Source of the DNA: Eukaryota sp. TZLM1-RC
Taxonomy: Eukaryota; Protista; Metamonada: BaSk clade
Length of the DNA stretch: 64,000 nt
Assembly: GCA_040285825.1 (NCBI GenBank)
Contig: JAUPSS010000004.1
Coordinates: 5,733,784 to 5,797,783 of the forward strand
Direction of reading: 5' to 3'
Part shown: in pieces, positions 1-13,412 of the stretch
How the letters are laid out: the number at the start of each line of letters is the position of its first letter
Position numbering within the stretch: the first letter of the stretch is position 1
Position numbers and translations under genes: made by a program
Notes under the pieces: generated by a model
Seen by the model: only the letters and a program-made list of their open reading frames with translations
Databases searched by the model: none
Told to the model about the DNA's origin: nothing

Positions 1-351
1 AAAAATTTTGTATTTGAATTCTCTAGAAGATATCCTTTTGCCGAAAATCTTCTTGAAACTACAAATAGCCTATTCCTCGATAACTTAAGAGAAGAAATTT
101 CCAGTTTATCTCCCGACTTATGGCAATCATGTTTCCCCATATCCATTCAAGAAATTCCAGACAGAAGTTTGTATTCATTAAAATTTGCGTTGAAAAAGCT
201 CCAACGACATCTTTTGAAAATATTTGAAAGCAAGGATTTTATTGTTCGACTTAGCACGGCTAAGAAAGAAAATCCTGCTTTTGCCAATTTTTTGATTGAT
301 TTGAAGGACAGTTCATCTGCAGTTTTGATAAATCAAATTCCCCAGATTTAT

Positions 352-1784
352 TTTTTTTTTTAAAAAAAATTAATTTTATTCTAAACCTATAAATCAACAT
401 CTAAAAAATCCATCTCTCCCAAAACAAAAACACTAGATGCAACTCTCTCATAGTGAGATCCAAGAGAAAGCAAAGCATCAGAAACCATCATCAACATCCC
501 CTTAAAAATAGAAAACACAATTCTATTTTGCCAAAACAATCTGTTGAAATTTCTGCCAGTTCTTCTCTTTACAATCATTTCAAAATCATCCAAAAAACGT
601 AAAGCAGTTGGTGCAAGTGAACCAAAAAGGGAAAATACAAATGGATACAAATTGTATTTTGCATGCTGTAGACTGGCCAATTTGCACATTATGAAAACAT
701 TGCTGCTGTAAGGTTTGATGGTGTGGAAGCTTGTTTTGAAGATATTGACTTTTAGACTGTGGTTTTGAAAATAAATTAAAATTAAATTAAAAAAAAAATT
801 TGGACAAAGGTTCATTGTATTTTTTGAATTTAAAATTTTCAGCATTTGAAAGGGGATTATGAATTTCAGAATTAACAAGCCTTTCATTTGAGGCATTACA
901 AGGATCAACAGACATTACATCCAATAAAATAAAGCTTCCATCTAATCCAGGTAATATGACATCACCTCTATTATTCTTATGAAAATCATTTTCAGCATCA
1001 AACAGATTTGACAACAGAGGTTCCAAGAAGGATTCAATTCTATGAGATTTACACATACAATATAACTGGTCTCTTACAGCATCATGAACCTTGCTTCTAA
1101 AAGTAATAAAATGTTTACAATTTAACAAATGAGTAGTTGTAATTTCTCGAGAACATTTACAAATTAAATTATGAGGTAAATTATCAGGCCAGATAAAGGA
1201 ACGAAATCTCATATTCAGAGTCCAAGCAGAATCGGATAAGAGAGTACCATATACTTGCGGAATTGTTGTTACTAAGGCAGAAGAAGTACTGTCACACATA
1301 TCTTGTAAAAGATTTGCAAAAGCGGGATTCTTTTTCTTGGCCAAGCCAAGTCTAACATCAAAATCCAAGCTTTCAAAAATCTTTGACAATTTTTGTTGAA
1401 GCTTTTTACAGCAAAACTGTAAATTAAATAGAGATCGGTTTGGAATTTCTTGAATTGATTGAGGAAAGCATTTGGTCCAAATTTGTGGCGGTAATTTTTC
1501 AAGTTCACAAGATAACTTATACAAATAGGGACTACAATTGGGGACTAACAGATGGGAATCATCAGGAAATCTACGAGAAAATTCATAAATAAAATTTTTG
1601 CCACCACCCAAGAATGCTGATTGACACAAAATTGAAGATTTAGTAAATCCAATACCCCCCAAATTTGCTGAAGAAAATAAATGGCTTTTCAACATTCCTG
1701 GTTCTACATCCAATAAATCAGCAAAAAATTCTGTTCTCAATGAATTAAAAGAACGACAAAAATCTAATGCTATGGAATCTAATG
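352..1784 (-). mobile_element. 5'-truncated CRE family B copy inserted antisense into A
   Basis: RLE-domain ORFs 787-1740 and 387-908 (ends GEMDFLDVDL*). Poly-T at the left end; flanked by a 12-bp TSD. Confidence 0.9.
685..796 (+). mobile_element. Short family A 3'-end insertion inside B
   Basis: Matches the A terminus at ~2477-2570. TSD AATTTG (679-684 / 797-802). Confidence 0.85.
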
Positions 1785-2587
1785 CCCCAGATTTATGGTC
1801 TATTTTTGAATGACGACCAATGGACCACTGCTATGAGAATGCGTTGTTATTTATGGCCTTGTAATTTGCCCAATGATTTGTTTTGCAAATGTGGAGCTGG
1901 TTTGACATTATCACATTTATTTAATTGTAATAGATATATTTCCTATCGTTCTACGTTGCATGATGCAGTCAGAGATCAAATCCATGCAATGTGTAATTCC
2001 TATCATATTGAATCTTTTGTAGAACCTTTGTTGAGGTCTCTTGATATAAATGAAAGCGTAAGAGATTCAGAATATGGAAAACGACGTGCTGATGTTGTTG
2101 TGCCCTCGTTTGATGATGTCATGAATGTTGTTGATGTCGTAACAGTGGATGTATGCAAGAAAAATGCCTTGAAAAATGCTCAATCCGAAGTATCCCCCCT
2201 TGATGACTCCGAATTGTACAAACGGAAAAAGTATGCAAATCCTTTAAAAGAATTGAAGCATGTTCGCCATGTAGATTACCAAATTTGCCCATTTGCTATA
2301 TCGTTGTATGGTCGTCTTGGAAAAACTGCTTTGAATTTTGATGATGATTTAGAAAATCTTGTGAAAAAAAGAATGAATACGCGTTTTTATCGTCGCTTGT
2401 GGCTAAATCGTATTGTTTTTACTATTTTCAAATCAATTCCTAAAATGATTTCGAAAGCTTTAATGTCTGTCAGTTCACATTATGAAAACATTGCTGCTGT
2501 AAGGTTTGATGGTGTGGAAGCTTGTTTTGAAGATATTGACTTTTAGACTGTGGTTTTGAAAATAAATTAAAAGTATGTTAAAAAAAA

Positions 2588-5500
2588 TGCAGCTTTGACA
2601 TCTGATCTGTTTTTCAATTGTCACGAAAATAGTTGCATTTTTAATCTTGATTTCAAAAATGCTTTCAATTCAGTGAAAAGAGATTCAATTTGGAAAGAAA
2701 TCAAATCAAATTTTCCTGAACTCGAAACCTTTTTTTATAGGTTTTATGGTAATTCATCTGATTTAATTTTTAATTCTTTTAATCTGGATTCTTTATCAGG
2801 AGTTAAACAAGGAGACCCTTTAGGTCCTTTCTTTTTTTGTCTTGCAATTCACCCAATTTTGAAAAAATTAAAAGAAGAAAATTCTGACCTTCAAGTGGTA
2901 GCTTACATGGATGACATTTCTTGTATTGGTCCAGAAAGTACAATTAATAGGGTTGCTAATGAAGCTGCTACATTATACCAATCCATAGGTCTTGATTTGA
3001 ATGTTCAAAAATGTTTTTGTATTTCTAGAAAAAATGTTAAGTTAATAATTAATTCCCTCGAAGTTCCATATATTGATTATACTTCAACTAGTTTCTGCTT
3101 TCTGGGTTGCTATTTAGGTTCCGCCGAAAAGACACTTGACAGCCTTGAAAATTATTTAAATTCAATTAAAAAAGAGCTAGAAGTCATAAAGACTCTTGAA
3201 TTGGAAAAACATCTTAAGTTTTCTCTTTTGAAAATTTGTTATGCTGGAAAAATTACTCATTTACTGCGATCATTACCTCCATCCCTAACTTACAATTTTT
3301 GTAGACAATTTAACAAAATACGTACCCAATTTTTGGCTTATTTAATGTCTGTTGATCCATCAATTTTGAAAAATCATATTTTTTCTGATGTTCAACTTGG
3401 CGGTGTTGGATTCAATTCATCAAAATATTTGACCAAAGCTGCATTTATTGGTGGTGGAAAAATTTTGTATTTGAATTCTCTAGAAGATATCCTTTGCCGA
3501 AAATCTTCTTGAAAATACAAATAGCCTATTCCTGGATAACTTAAGAGAAGAAATATCCAGTTTATCTCCCAACTTATGGCAATCATGTTTCCCCATATCC
3601 ATTCAAGAAATTCCAGACAGAAGTTTATATTCATTAAAATTTGCGTTGAAAAAGCTCCAACGACATCTTTTGAAAAATTTTGAAAACAAGGATTTTATTG
3701 TTCGACTTAGCACGGCTAAGAAAGAAAATCCTGCTTTTGCCAATTTTTTGATTGATTTGAAGGACAGTTCATCTGCAGTTTTGATAAATCAAATTCCCCA
3801 GATTTATGGTCTATTTTTGAATGACGACCAATGGACCACTGCTATGAGAATGCGTTGTTATTTATGGCCTTGTAATTTGCCCAATGATTTGTTTTGCAAA
3901 TGTGGAGCTGGTTTGACATTATCACATTTATTTAATTGTAATAGATTTATTTCCTATCGTTCTACGTTGCATGATGCAGTCAGAGATCAAATCCATGCAA
4001 TGTGTAATTCCTATCATATTGAATCTTTTGTAGAACCTTTGTTGAGGTCTCTTGATATAAATGAAAGCGTAAGAGATTCAGAATATGGAAAACGACGTGC
4101 TGATGTTGTTGTGCCCTCGTTTGATGATGTCATGAATGTTGTTGATGTCGTAACAGTGGATGTTTGCAAGAAAAATGCCTTGAAAAATGCTCAATCCGAA
4201 GTATCCCCCCTTGATGACTCCGAATTGTACAAAAAAATCTTCTTCTCAAAAAAATTCAAATTCAAAAAATGATCAGCGTGCCGTAAAAAACACAAAACTC
4301 TCAAAAAATGTTCCCCGTTGCTCATCCTGTCATAAAGTTGGTCATAAAAAGAATTCTAAAAAATGTGAAAATTATCAAAATTCATCTATTTCTTATTCTG
4401 TAACTGCCGCTGCTGCTGAATTAAATAATTTAGAATTCAATTTACCTCCCAAAGATGAGTGCACTGCAGAAGACAATGATGCAGTGATGTTAGATATTCC
4501 CCTTGAAGCAAGTCAAATTGATAATTGTGCTATTTGTAATGAAAAAGCTGAAAGATATATTTTAAAAAATAATTTATATGTATGCCATGTTTGCTCCTCA
4601 CTTGATACACTACGGCCTCCATGTAAGATTCCGAATGTTCTTAGTCCCAAGGCTTCCATTCCCTTTTCTGTTGCGTTTAGAACATTCAGTCTTGCTTTGA
4701 AAAAAAGGAGAATGGGATATATTTTCTATTTGGAAATTCTTCCTTGAACAAAAATCAGGTTCTCGTCCCCAAAAGGTTTTCACTCCAAAGAAACAACCCA
4801 AGAATAAGACTGTACGAAAACTTTTGCTACGTGGGAGATATGGTTCAGGGAAAAACGCTCTGTTCTCATCTGATCTTGCTCCTGTGACTGATGAAACTGT
4901 AAATCAATTAGTGGATCTGCATCCAGCTGAATTTCTTAATTTGGATAAACCATCTGCTTCACAATTTTGGAAACAAAATCCACTTTCTGAAAAAGAAGTT
5001 GAAACTGCCATTTTCCGTCTTCCATCTGGAAAAGCTCCAGGTCCATCTGGAATTACTTTTGATATGCTGAAATCTGTGTGCCGCCAAAATTCCTTTATTA
5101 TTAAAGATTTATGTTCCTTTTTTCAAGATGTTTTGACAATGAAAATTGTTCCACCCAAAGAATTAAGTGCATCACGGTTAGTGGCTTTAACTAAACCTAA
5201 TGGAAAAGTTCGCCCAATTGCCATTGGTGAAGCCATTTATCGCCTGATGTCTTCAGTAATTTTTAATCGAGTTTCAACAAAAGCTAAAGAATACTTTTCT
5301 CCATTCCAATATGGAATCAAAACCATAGATGGAGCTTCAGTTGCAGCTTTGACATCTGATTTGTTTTTCAATTGTCACGAAAATAGTTGCATTTTTAATC
5401 TTGATTTCAAAAATGCTTTCAATTCAGTGAAAAGAGATTCAATTTGGAAAGAAATCAAATCAAATTTTCCTGAACTCGAAACCTTTTTTTATAGGTTTTA

Positions 5501-7720
5501 TGGTAATTCATCTGATTTAATTTTTAATTCTTTTAATCTGGATTCTTTATCAGGAGTTAAACAAGGAGACCCTTTAGGTCCTTTCTTTTTTTGTCTTGCA
5601 ATTCACCCAATTTTGAAAAAAATTAAAAGAAGAAAATTCTGACCTTCAAGTGGTAGCTTACATGGATGACATTTCTTGTATTGGTCCAGAAAGTACAATT
5701 AATAGGGTTGCTAATGAAGCTGCTACATTATACCAATCCATAGGTCTTGAGTTGAATGTTCAAAAATGTTTTTGTATTTCTAGGAAAAATGTTAAGTTAA
5801 TAATTAATTCCCTTGAAGTTCCATATATTGATTATACTTCAACTAGTTTCTGCTTTCTTGGTTGCTATTTAGGTTCCGCCGAAAAAACACTTGATAGCCT
5901 TGAAAATTATTTAAATTCAATTAAAAAGAGCTAGAAGTCATAAAGACTCTTGAATTGGAAAAACATCTTAAGTTTTTTTCTTTTGAAAATTTGTTATGCT
6001 GGAAAAATTACTCATTTACTGAGATCATTACCTCCATCCCTAACTTACAATTTTTGTAGACAATTTAACAAAATACGTACCCAATTTTTGGCTTATTTAA
6101 TGTCTGTTGATCCATCAATTTTGAAAAATCATATTTTTTCTGATGTTCAACTTGGCGGTGTTGGATTCAATTCATCAAAATATTTGACCAAAGCTGCATT
6201 TATTGGTGGTGGAAAAAATTTTGTATTTGAATTCTCCAGAAGATATCCTTTTGCCGAAAATCTTCTTGAAACTACAAATAGCCTATTCCTCGATAACTTA
6301 AGAGAAGAAATTTCCAGTTTATCTCCAGACTTATGGCAATCATGTTTCCCCATATCTATTCAAGACATTCCAGACAGAAGTTTGTATTCTCTAAAATTTG
6401 CGTTGAAAAAGCTCCAACGACATCTTTTGAAAAAATTTGAAAGCAAGGATTTTATTGTTCGACTTAGCACGGCTAAGAAAGAAAATCCTGTTTTTGCAAA
6501 TTTTTTGATTGATTTGAAGGACAGTTCATCTGCAGTTTTGATAAATCAAATTCCCCAGATTTATGGTCTATTTTTGAATGACGACCAATGGACCACTGCT
6601 ATGAGAATGCGTTGTTATTTATGGCCTTGTAATTTGCCCAATGATTTGTTTTGCAAATGTGGAGCTGGTTTGACATTATCACATTTATTTAATTGTAATA
6701 GATTTATTTCCTATCGTTCTACGTTGCATGATGCAGTCAGAGATCAAATCCATGCAATGTGTAATTCCTATCATATTGAATCTTTTTGTAGAACCTTTGT
6801 TGAGGTCTCTTGATATAAATGAAAGCGTAAGAGATTCAGAATATGGAAAACGACGTGCTGATGTTGTTGTGCCCTCGTTTGATGATGTCATGAATGTTGT
6901 TGATGTCGTAACAGTGGATGTTTGCAAGAAAAATGCCTTGAAAAATGCTCAATCCGAAGTATCCCCCTTGATGACTCCGAATTGTACAAACGGAAAAAGT
7001 ATGCAAATCCTTTAAAAGAATTGAAACATGTTCGCCATGTAGATTACCAAATTTGCCCATTTGCTATATCGTTGTATGGTCGTCTTGGAAAAACTGCTAT
7101 GAATTTTATTGATGATTTTGAAAATCTTGTGAAAAGAAGAATGAATAAGCGTTTTGATCGTCGCTTGTGGCTAAATCGTATTGTTTTTACTATTTTCAAA
7201 TCAATTCCTAAAATGATTTCGAAAGCTTTGATGTCTGTCAGTGCACATTACGAAGAAATTGCTGTTGTGAGGTTTGATGGTGTGGAAGCTTGTTTTGAAG
7301 ATATTGACTTTTAGACTGTAGTTTAATAATAAATTAAAATTTTTCAAAAAAAAATTGTACAAACGGAAAAAGTATGCAAATCCTTTAAAAGAATTGAAAC
7401 ATGTTCGCCATGTAGATTACCAAATTTGCCCATTTGCTATATCGTTGTATGGTCGTCTTGGAAAAACTGCTATGAATTTTATTGATGATTTTGAAAATCT
7501 TGTGAAAAGAAGAATGAATAAGCGTTTTGATCGTCGCTTGTGGCTAAATCGTATTGTTTTTACTATTTTCAAATCAATTCCTAAAATGATTTCGAAAGCT
7601 TTGATGTCTGTCAGTGCACATTACGAAGAAATTGCTGTTGTGAGGTTTGATGGTGTGGAAGCTTGTTTTGAAGATATTGACTTTTAGACTATAGTCTAAT
7701 AATAAATTAAAATTATTTAA
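2588..7720 (+). mobile_element. 5'-truncated family A copy, split by another A copy
   Basis: RT ORF 2595-3512, RLE 3646-4233, resumes at 7353 and ends at stop 7687 plus tail. Confidence 0.88.
4234..7352 (+). mobile_element. Near-full-length family A copy inserted into A (self-insertion)
   Basis: TSD AATTGTACAAA (4223-4233 / 7353-7363). Zn knuckle, RT and RLE present, broken by homopolymer frameshifts. Confidence 0.9.
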
Positions 7721-7728
7721 AAAAAATG

Positions 7729-7890
7729 TTTTTTTTTCTCCCTCCCTTAGTCAACCCTCTCATATTTCATTTTCTGTCACGGCGTCAAAGTCGTACTGTG
7801 TCTTTGCCAAAACGATGCCAGTGACTGACAGTGACTCTGATACTGATTGGAATGCCCAAGTGAAGGTTCTACCCGTCAGATCAAGCTCAT
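7729..7890 (+). promoter_or_regulatory. Conserved 5' leader of CRE families A, B and D (putative internal promoter or structured RNA)
   Basis: The same leader occurs at 7729(+), 28323(+), 24582(-) and 33746(-): T-run, pyrimidine tract and two potential stems. Confidence 0.55.
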
Positions 7891-10800
7891 CCCCTTCATT
7901 CCTCCACTCTCCCCACCCTCCAAGCTATGCTCGAAATTCTTCTCAAAAAAATTCATATTCAAAAAATGATCAGCGTGCCGTAAAAAACACAAAACTCTCA
8001 AAAAATGTTCCCCGTTGCTCATCCTGTCATAAAGTTGGTCATAAAAAGAATTCTAAAAAATGTGAAAATTATCAAAATCCATCTATTTCTTATTCTGTAA
8101 CTGCCGCTGCTGCTGAATTAAATAATTTAGAATTCAATTTACCTCCCAAAGATGAGTGCACTGCAGAAGACAATGATGCAGTGATGTTAGATATTCCCCT
8201 TGAAGCAAGTCAAATTGATAATTGTGCTATTTGTAATGAAAAAGCTGAAAGATATATTTTAAAAAATAATTTATATGTATGCCATGTTTGCTCCTCACTT
8301 GATACACTACGGCCTCCATGTAAGATTCCGAATGTTCTTAGTCCCAAGGCTTCCATTCCCTTTTCTGTTGCGTTTAGAACATTCAGTCTTGCTTTGAAAA
8401 AAGGAGAATGGGATATATTTTCTATTTGGAAATTCTTCCTTGAACAAAAATCAGGTTCTCGTCCCCAAAAGGTTTTCACTCCAAAGAAACAACCCAAGAA
8501 TAAGACTGTACGAAAACTTTTGCTACGTGGGAGATATGGTTCAGGGAAAAACGCTCTGTTCTCATCTGATCTTGCTCCTGTGACTGATGAAACTGTAAAT
8601 CAATTAGTGGATCTGCATCCAGCTGAATTTCTTAATTTGGATAAACCATCTGCTTCACAATTTTGGAAACAAAATCCACTTTCTGAAAAAGAAGTTGAAA
8701 CTGCCATTTTCCGTCGTCCATCTGGAAAAGCTCCAGGTCCATCTGGAATTACTTTTGATATGCTGAAATCTGTGTGCCGCCAAAATTCCTTTATTATTAA
8801 AGATTTATGTTCCTTTTTTCAAGATGTTTTGACAATGAAAATTGTTCCACCCAAAGAATTAAGTGCATCACGGTTAGTGGCTTTAACTAAACCTAATGGA
8901 AAAGTTCGCCCAATTGCCATTGGTGAAGCCATTTATCGCCTGATGTCTTCAGTAATTTTTAATCGAGTTTCAACAAAAGCTAAAGAATACTTTTCTCCAT
9001 TCCAATATGGAATCAAAACCATAGATGGAGCTTCAGTTGCAGCTTTGACATCTGATTTGTTTTTCAATTGTCACGAAAATAGTTGCATTTTTAATCTTGA
9101 TTTCAAAAATGCTTTCAATTCAGTGAAAAGAGATTCAATTTGGAAAGAAATCAAATCAAATTTTCCTGAACTCGAAACCTTTTTTTATAGGTTTTATGGT
9201 AATTCATCTGATTTAATTTTTAATTCTTTTAATCTGGATTCTTTATCAGGAGTTAAACAAGGAGACCCTTTAGGTCCTTTCTTTTTTTGTCTTGCAATTC
9301 ACCCAATTTTGAAAAAATTAAAAGAAGAAAATTCTGACCTTCAAGTGGTAGCTTACATGGATGACATTTCTTGTATTGGTCCAGAAAGTACAATTAATAG
9401 GGTTGCTAATGAAGCTGCTACATTATACCAATCCATAGGTCTTGAGTTGAATGTTCAAAAATGTTTTTGTATTTCTAGGAAAAATGTTAAGTTAATAATT
9501 AATTCCCTTGAAGTTCCATATATTGATTATACTTCAACTAGTTTCTGCTTTCTTGGTTGCTATTTAGGTTCCGCCGAAAAAACACTTGATAGCCTTGAAA
9601 ATTATTTAAATTCAATTAAAAAAGAGCTAGAAGTCATAAAGACTCTTGAATTGGAAAAACATCTTAAGTTTTTTCTTTTGAAAATTTGTTATGCTGGAAA
9701 AATTACTCATTTACTGAGATCATTACCTCCATCCCTAACTTACAATTTTTGTAGACAATTTAACAAAATACGTACCCAATTTTTGGCTTATTTAATGTCT
9801 GTTGATCCATCAATTTTGAAAAATCATATTTTTCTGATGTTCAACTTGGCGGTGTTGGATTCAATTCATCAAAATATTTGACCAAAGCTGCATTTATTGG
9901 TGGTGGAAAAAATTTTTGTATTTGAATTCTCCAGAAGATATCCTTTTGCCGAAAATCTTCTTGAAACTACAAATAGCCTATTCCTCGATAACTTAAGAGA
10001 AGAAATTTCCAGTTTATCTCCAGACTTATGGCAATCATGTTTCCCCATATCTATTCAAGACATTCCAGACAGAAGTTTGTATTCTCTAAAATTTGCGTTG
10101 AAAAAGCTCCAACGACATCTTTTGAAAAAATTTGAAAGCAAGGATTTTATTGTTCGACTTAGCACGGCTAAGAAAGAAAATCCTGTTTTTGCAAATTTTT
10201 TGATTGATTTGAAGGACAGTTCATCTGCAGTTTTGATAAATCAAATTCCCCAGATTTATGGTCTATTTTTGAATGACGACCAATGGACCACTGCTATGAG
10301 AATGCGTTGTTATTTATGGCCTTGTAATTTGCCCAATGATTTGTTTTGCAAATGTGGAGCTGGTTTGACATTATCACATTTATTTAATTGTAATAGATTT
10401 ATTTCCTATCGTTCTACGTTGCATGATGCAGTCAGAGATCAAATCCATGCATTGTGTAATTCCTATCATATTGAATCTTTTGTAGAACCTTTGTTGAGGT
10501 CTCTTGATATAAATGAAAGCGTAAGAGATTCAGAATATGGAAAACGACGTGCTGATGTTGTTGTGCCCTCGTTTGATGATGTCATGAATGTTGTTGATGT
10601 CGTAACAGTGGATGTTTGCAAGAAAAATGCCTTGAAAAATGCTCAATCCGAAGTATCCCCCTTGATGACTCCGAATTGTACAAACGGAAAAGTATGCAAA
10701 TCCTTTAAAAGAATTGAAACATGTTCGCCATGTAGATTACCAAATTTGCCCATTTGCTATATCGTTGTATGGTCGTCTTGGAAAAACTGCTATGAATTTT

Positions 10801-11007
10801 ATTGATGATTTTGAAAATCTTGTGAAAAGAAGAATGAATAAGCGTTTTGATCGTCGCTTGTGGCTAAATCGTATTGTTTTTACTATTTTCAAATCAATTC
10901 CTAAAATGATTTCGAAAGCTTTGATGTCTGTCAGTGCACATTACGAAGAAATTGCTGTTGTGAGGTTTGATGGTGTGGAAGCTTGTTTTGAAGATATTGA
11001 CTTTTAG
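7815..11007 (+). pseudogene. Family A ORF (~1060 aa): CCHC knuckle, C4 Zn motif, reverse transcriptase, CCHC, RLE endonuclease; broken by small indels
   Basis: ORF pieces 7815-9881, 9897-10805 and 10714-11007. Motifs CSSCHKVGH, CAIC..CHVC, QGDPLGP, YMDD, CKC..HLFNC, RRAD..D..K. Breaks fall in homopolymer runs. Confidence 0.85.
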
Positions 11008-11048
11008 ACTGTAGTTTAATAATAAATTAAAATTTTTCAAAAAAAAAA

Positions 11049-12290
11049 TGTGGATGATTTTCCATAAAATGAATAGAAAAAAGGCTCAACTTCAGGAAAA
11101 TGCTTTCGCAGCAAAGGTAAAATGGAAGAACGAGATACAGAATTGAAAGCATTCTTAAAATCTAAATTGAAGATGTAATTAGAATCACTAGAATTAAAAA
11201 ACACATCCGACGAAAGAGCAGCAGAAGAAGCACCATCAATTGTGTTGATTCCAAATTGAAATGGACTGAAAAATTCCTTGGCTTTTTTCCCAATTCTATT
11301 GAAAACAAGAGACGCAAGAATTCTTGAAAACGATTCTCCAATTGCAATTGGACGGATTTTGGATTGACTTTTTTTGAGGGCAATTAAGCGAGCACTGGTC
11401 ATCTCAAAAGGGACTTTAATTTTTAACGTAAGAAGATTCGTTCCTTTATCTGGCCTGATAATTTACCTCATAATTTAATTTGTAAATGTTCTCGAGAAAT
11501 TACAACTACTCATTTGTTAAATTGTAAACATTTTATTACTTTTAGAAGCAAGGTTCATGATGCTGTAAGAGACCAGTTATATTGTATGTGTAAATCTCAT
11601 AGAATTGAATCCTTCTTGGAACCTTTGTTGTCAAATCTGTTTGATGCTGAAAATGATTTTCATAAGAATAATAGAGGTGATGTCATATTACCTGGATTAG
11701 ATGGAAGCTTTATTTTATTGGATGTAATGTCTGTTGATCCTTGTAATGCCTCAAATGAAAGGCTTGTTAATTCTGAAATTCATAATCCCCTTTCAAATGC
11801 TGAAAATTTTAAATTCAAAAAATACAATGAACCTTTGTCCAAATTGGCCAGTCTACAGCATGCAAAATACAATTTGTATCCATTTGTATTTTCCCTTTTT
11901 GGTTCACTTGCACCTACTGCTTTACGTTTTTTGGATGATTTTGAAATGATTGTAAAGAGAAGAACTGGCAGAAATTTCAACAGATTGTTTTGGCAAAATA
12001 GAATTGTGTTCTCTATTTTTAAGGGGATGTTGAAGATGGTTTCTGATGCTTTGCTTTCTCTTGGATCTCACTATGAGAGAGTTGCATCTAGTGTTTTTGT
12101 TTTGGGAGAGATGGATTTTTTAGATGTTGATTTATAGGTTTAGAATAAAATTAAATTTTAAAAAAAAACGTAAGAAGATTGTTGAAAAAAAGAACAAGAT
12201 CATCAGCAATTTCAGGACACTGTCCAACAGCTGATTTGATCATGTCAAAATTCAACAAAGATGACCCAGGAGCTTTTCCAGTAGGCATTT
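11049..12290 (-). mobile_element. Family C RT fragment (D/F-related), interrupted by B
   Basis: ORF 11037-11402 (RLIALKK..RPIAIGE..LDFKNAFN). Continues at 12167-12290 (GKAPG region). Confidence 0.8.
11439..12166 (+). mobile_element. 5'-truncated family B copy inserted in C
   Basis: ORF 11514-12137. 14-bp TSD AACGTAAGAAGATT (11425-11438 / 12167-12180). Confidence 0.92.
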
Positions 12291-13412
12291 CAAACAATTC
12301 TATTGTACCAGAAATTGAAGTTCAATTCTTTTCCTGCTCTTTCTTTTATTAAACTTCTGAAACCTTCAAGAAATTTAATGCCAGATATTCCAATGTTACC
12401 AAAAAGAGAAACAGCAAATGGAACCAACTGATATTTGACATGCTCAACACGTCCTAGCTGAGATAAGGGTTCATTGTACTTTTTGATTTTGCTCTTTTCA
12501 GCAAAGCAAAGTGGAGTTTCATCTCTTTTAGCAAAATCAATTGCTGAGTCTTTACAAACATCAACAGTGACAACATCAACAACTTTAATAACAACATCAG
12601 ACCCAGTGGTAATTAAATCAGCACGGCGTTTCCCAAAAGTATTTTCATCTTCATTTTCAGATGACAACCTTCGCACAAGTGGTTCAACAAAAGCTTCAAT
12701 GTGATGACTTTTGCACATAGCGTATAGTTGGTCTCTAACAGCATCGTGAACAACTGAGCGATATGTAATATTAAACTTGCAATTAAATAAATGATTCAGA
12801 TTAATGAGCTGACCACAACGACAAATCAAATCATTTGGCACACTACATGGCCACAGAAAACACCTCATCCTGAAGGCAGTTGTCCATTGATGATCATTTA
12901 ATTATAGACCATATACATTTGGAATCTGGGAAATAACACAACTTGAGCTACTTTCCATAAGGTCAATTAAAAAGTTTGCAAAAACGGGATTCTTTTCTTT
13001 AGCCAAGCTAAGACGAACAGTGAAATCCAAGTTTTCAAAAACTTTTAATATCTTTTTCTGCAATTTAGCATATGCAAATTTCAAGGAAATCAAACTCCTG
13101 GGTGGAATTTCTTGAATATCAGCAGGAAAGCATTTGGACCATATGTGAGGAGAGATGCATTCAATTTCACTCTGCAAGGACACTAAATAGTCACTAACAC
13201 AACATTCTATTAAATGCTGGTTTTCAGGAAAACGTTTCAAAAATTCAAAGACGAAATTTTTTCCTCCACCGATGCGGCTTTACACAAATATTTTGATTTG
13301 TGAAAATCCAGGCCACCCAATTCTGTGCTACAAAAAATATGACTACGTAAAAAAGAAGAATCAATATCGAGCAAATTAGCCAAAAATTTTGTTCTTAATT
13401 CATTAAAAATTC

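Larger units (their letters stand above)
1..2587 (+). mobile_element. CRE family A copy (3' part), interrupted by a family B insertion
   Basis: ORF pieces 169-363 and 1767-2546 join across TSD CCCCAGATTTAT (340-351 / 1785-1796). Ends ...ACFEDIDF*, then AATAAA and an A-tail. Confidence 0.9.
7729..11048 (+). mobile_element. Full-length family A element (~3.3 kb)
   Basis: 5' T-run plus CTCCCTCCCTTAGTC leader, ATG at 7815, stop at 11007, AATAAA and A-tail. Flanked by AAAAAATGT. Confidence 0.92.

Noticed and set aside
2595-3512. Bacterial group II intron, retron or DGR reverse transcriptase
   Set aside because: Poly(A) tails, 5' truncations, TSDs, an RLE domain and the eukaryotic intron-containing neighbours indicate non-LTR retrotransposons.
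7729-7900. Hammerhead or HDV ribozyme in the CRE leader
   Set aside because: No CUGANGA/GAAA core with closing stems and no recognisable HDV nested pseudoknot; reported only as an unspecified structure.
4187-11007. Programmed frameshifting or a multi-ORF organisation of family A
   Set aside because: Breaks differ between copies and fall in homopolymers. They are best explained as mutations or long-read consensus errors in a single ORF.
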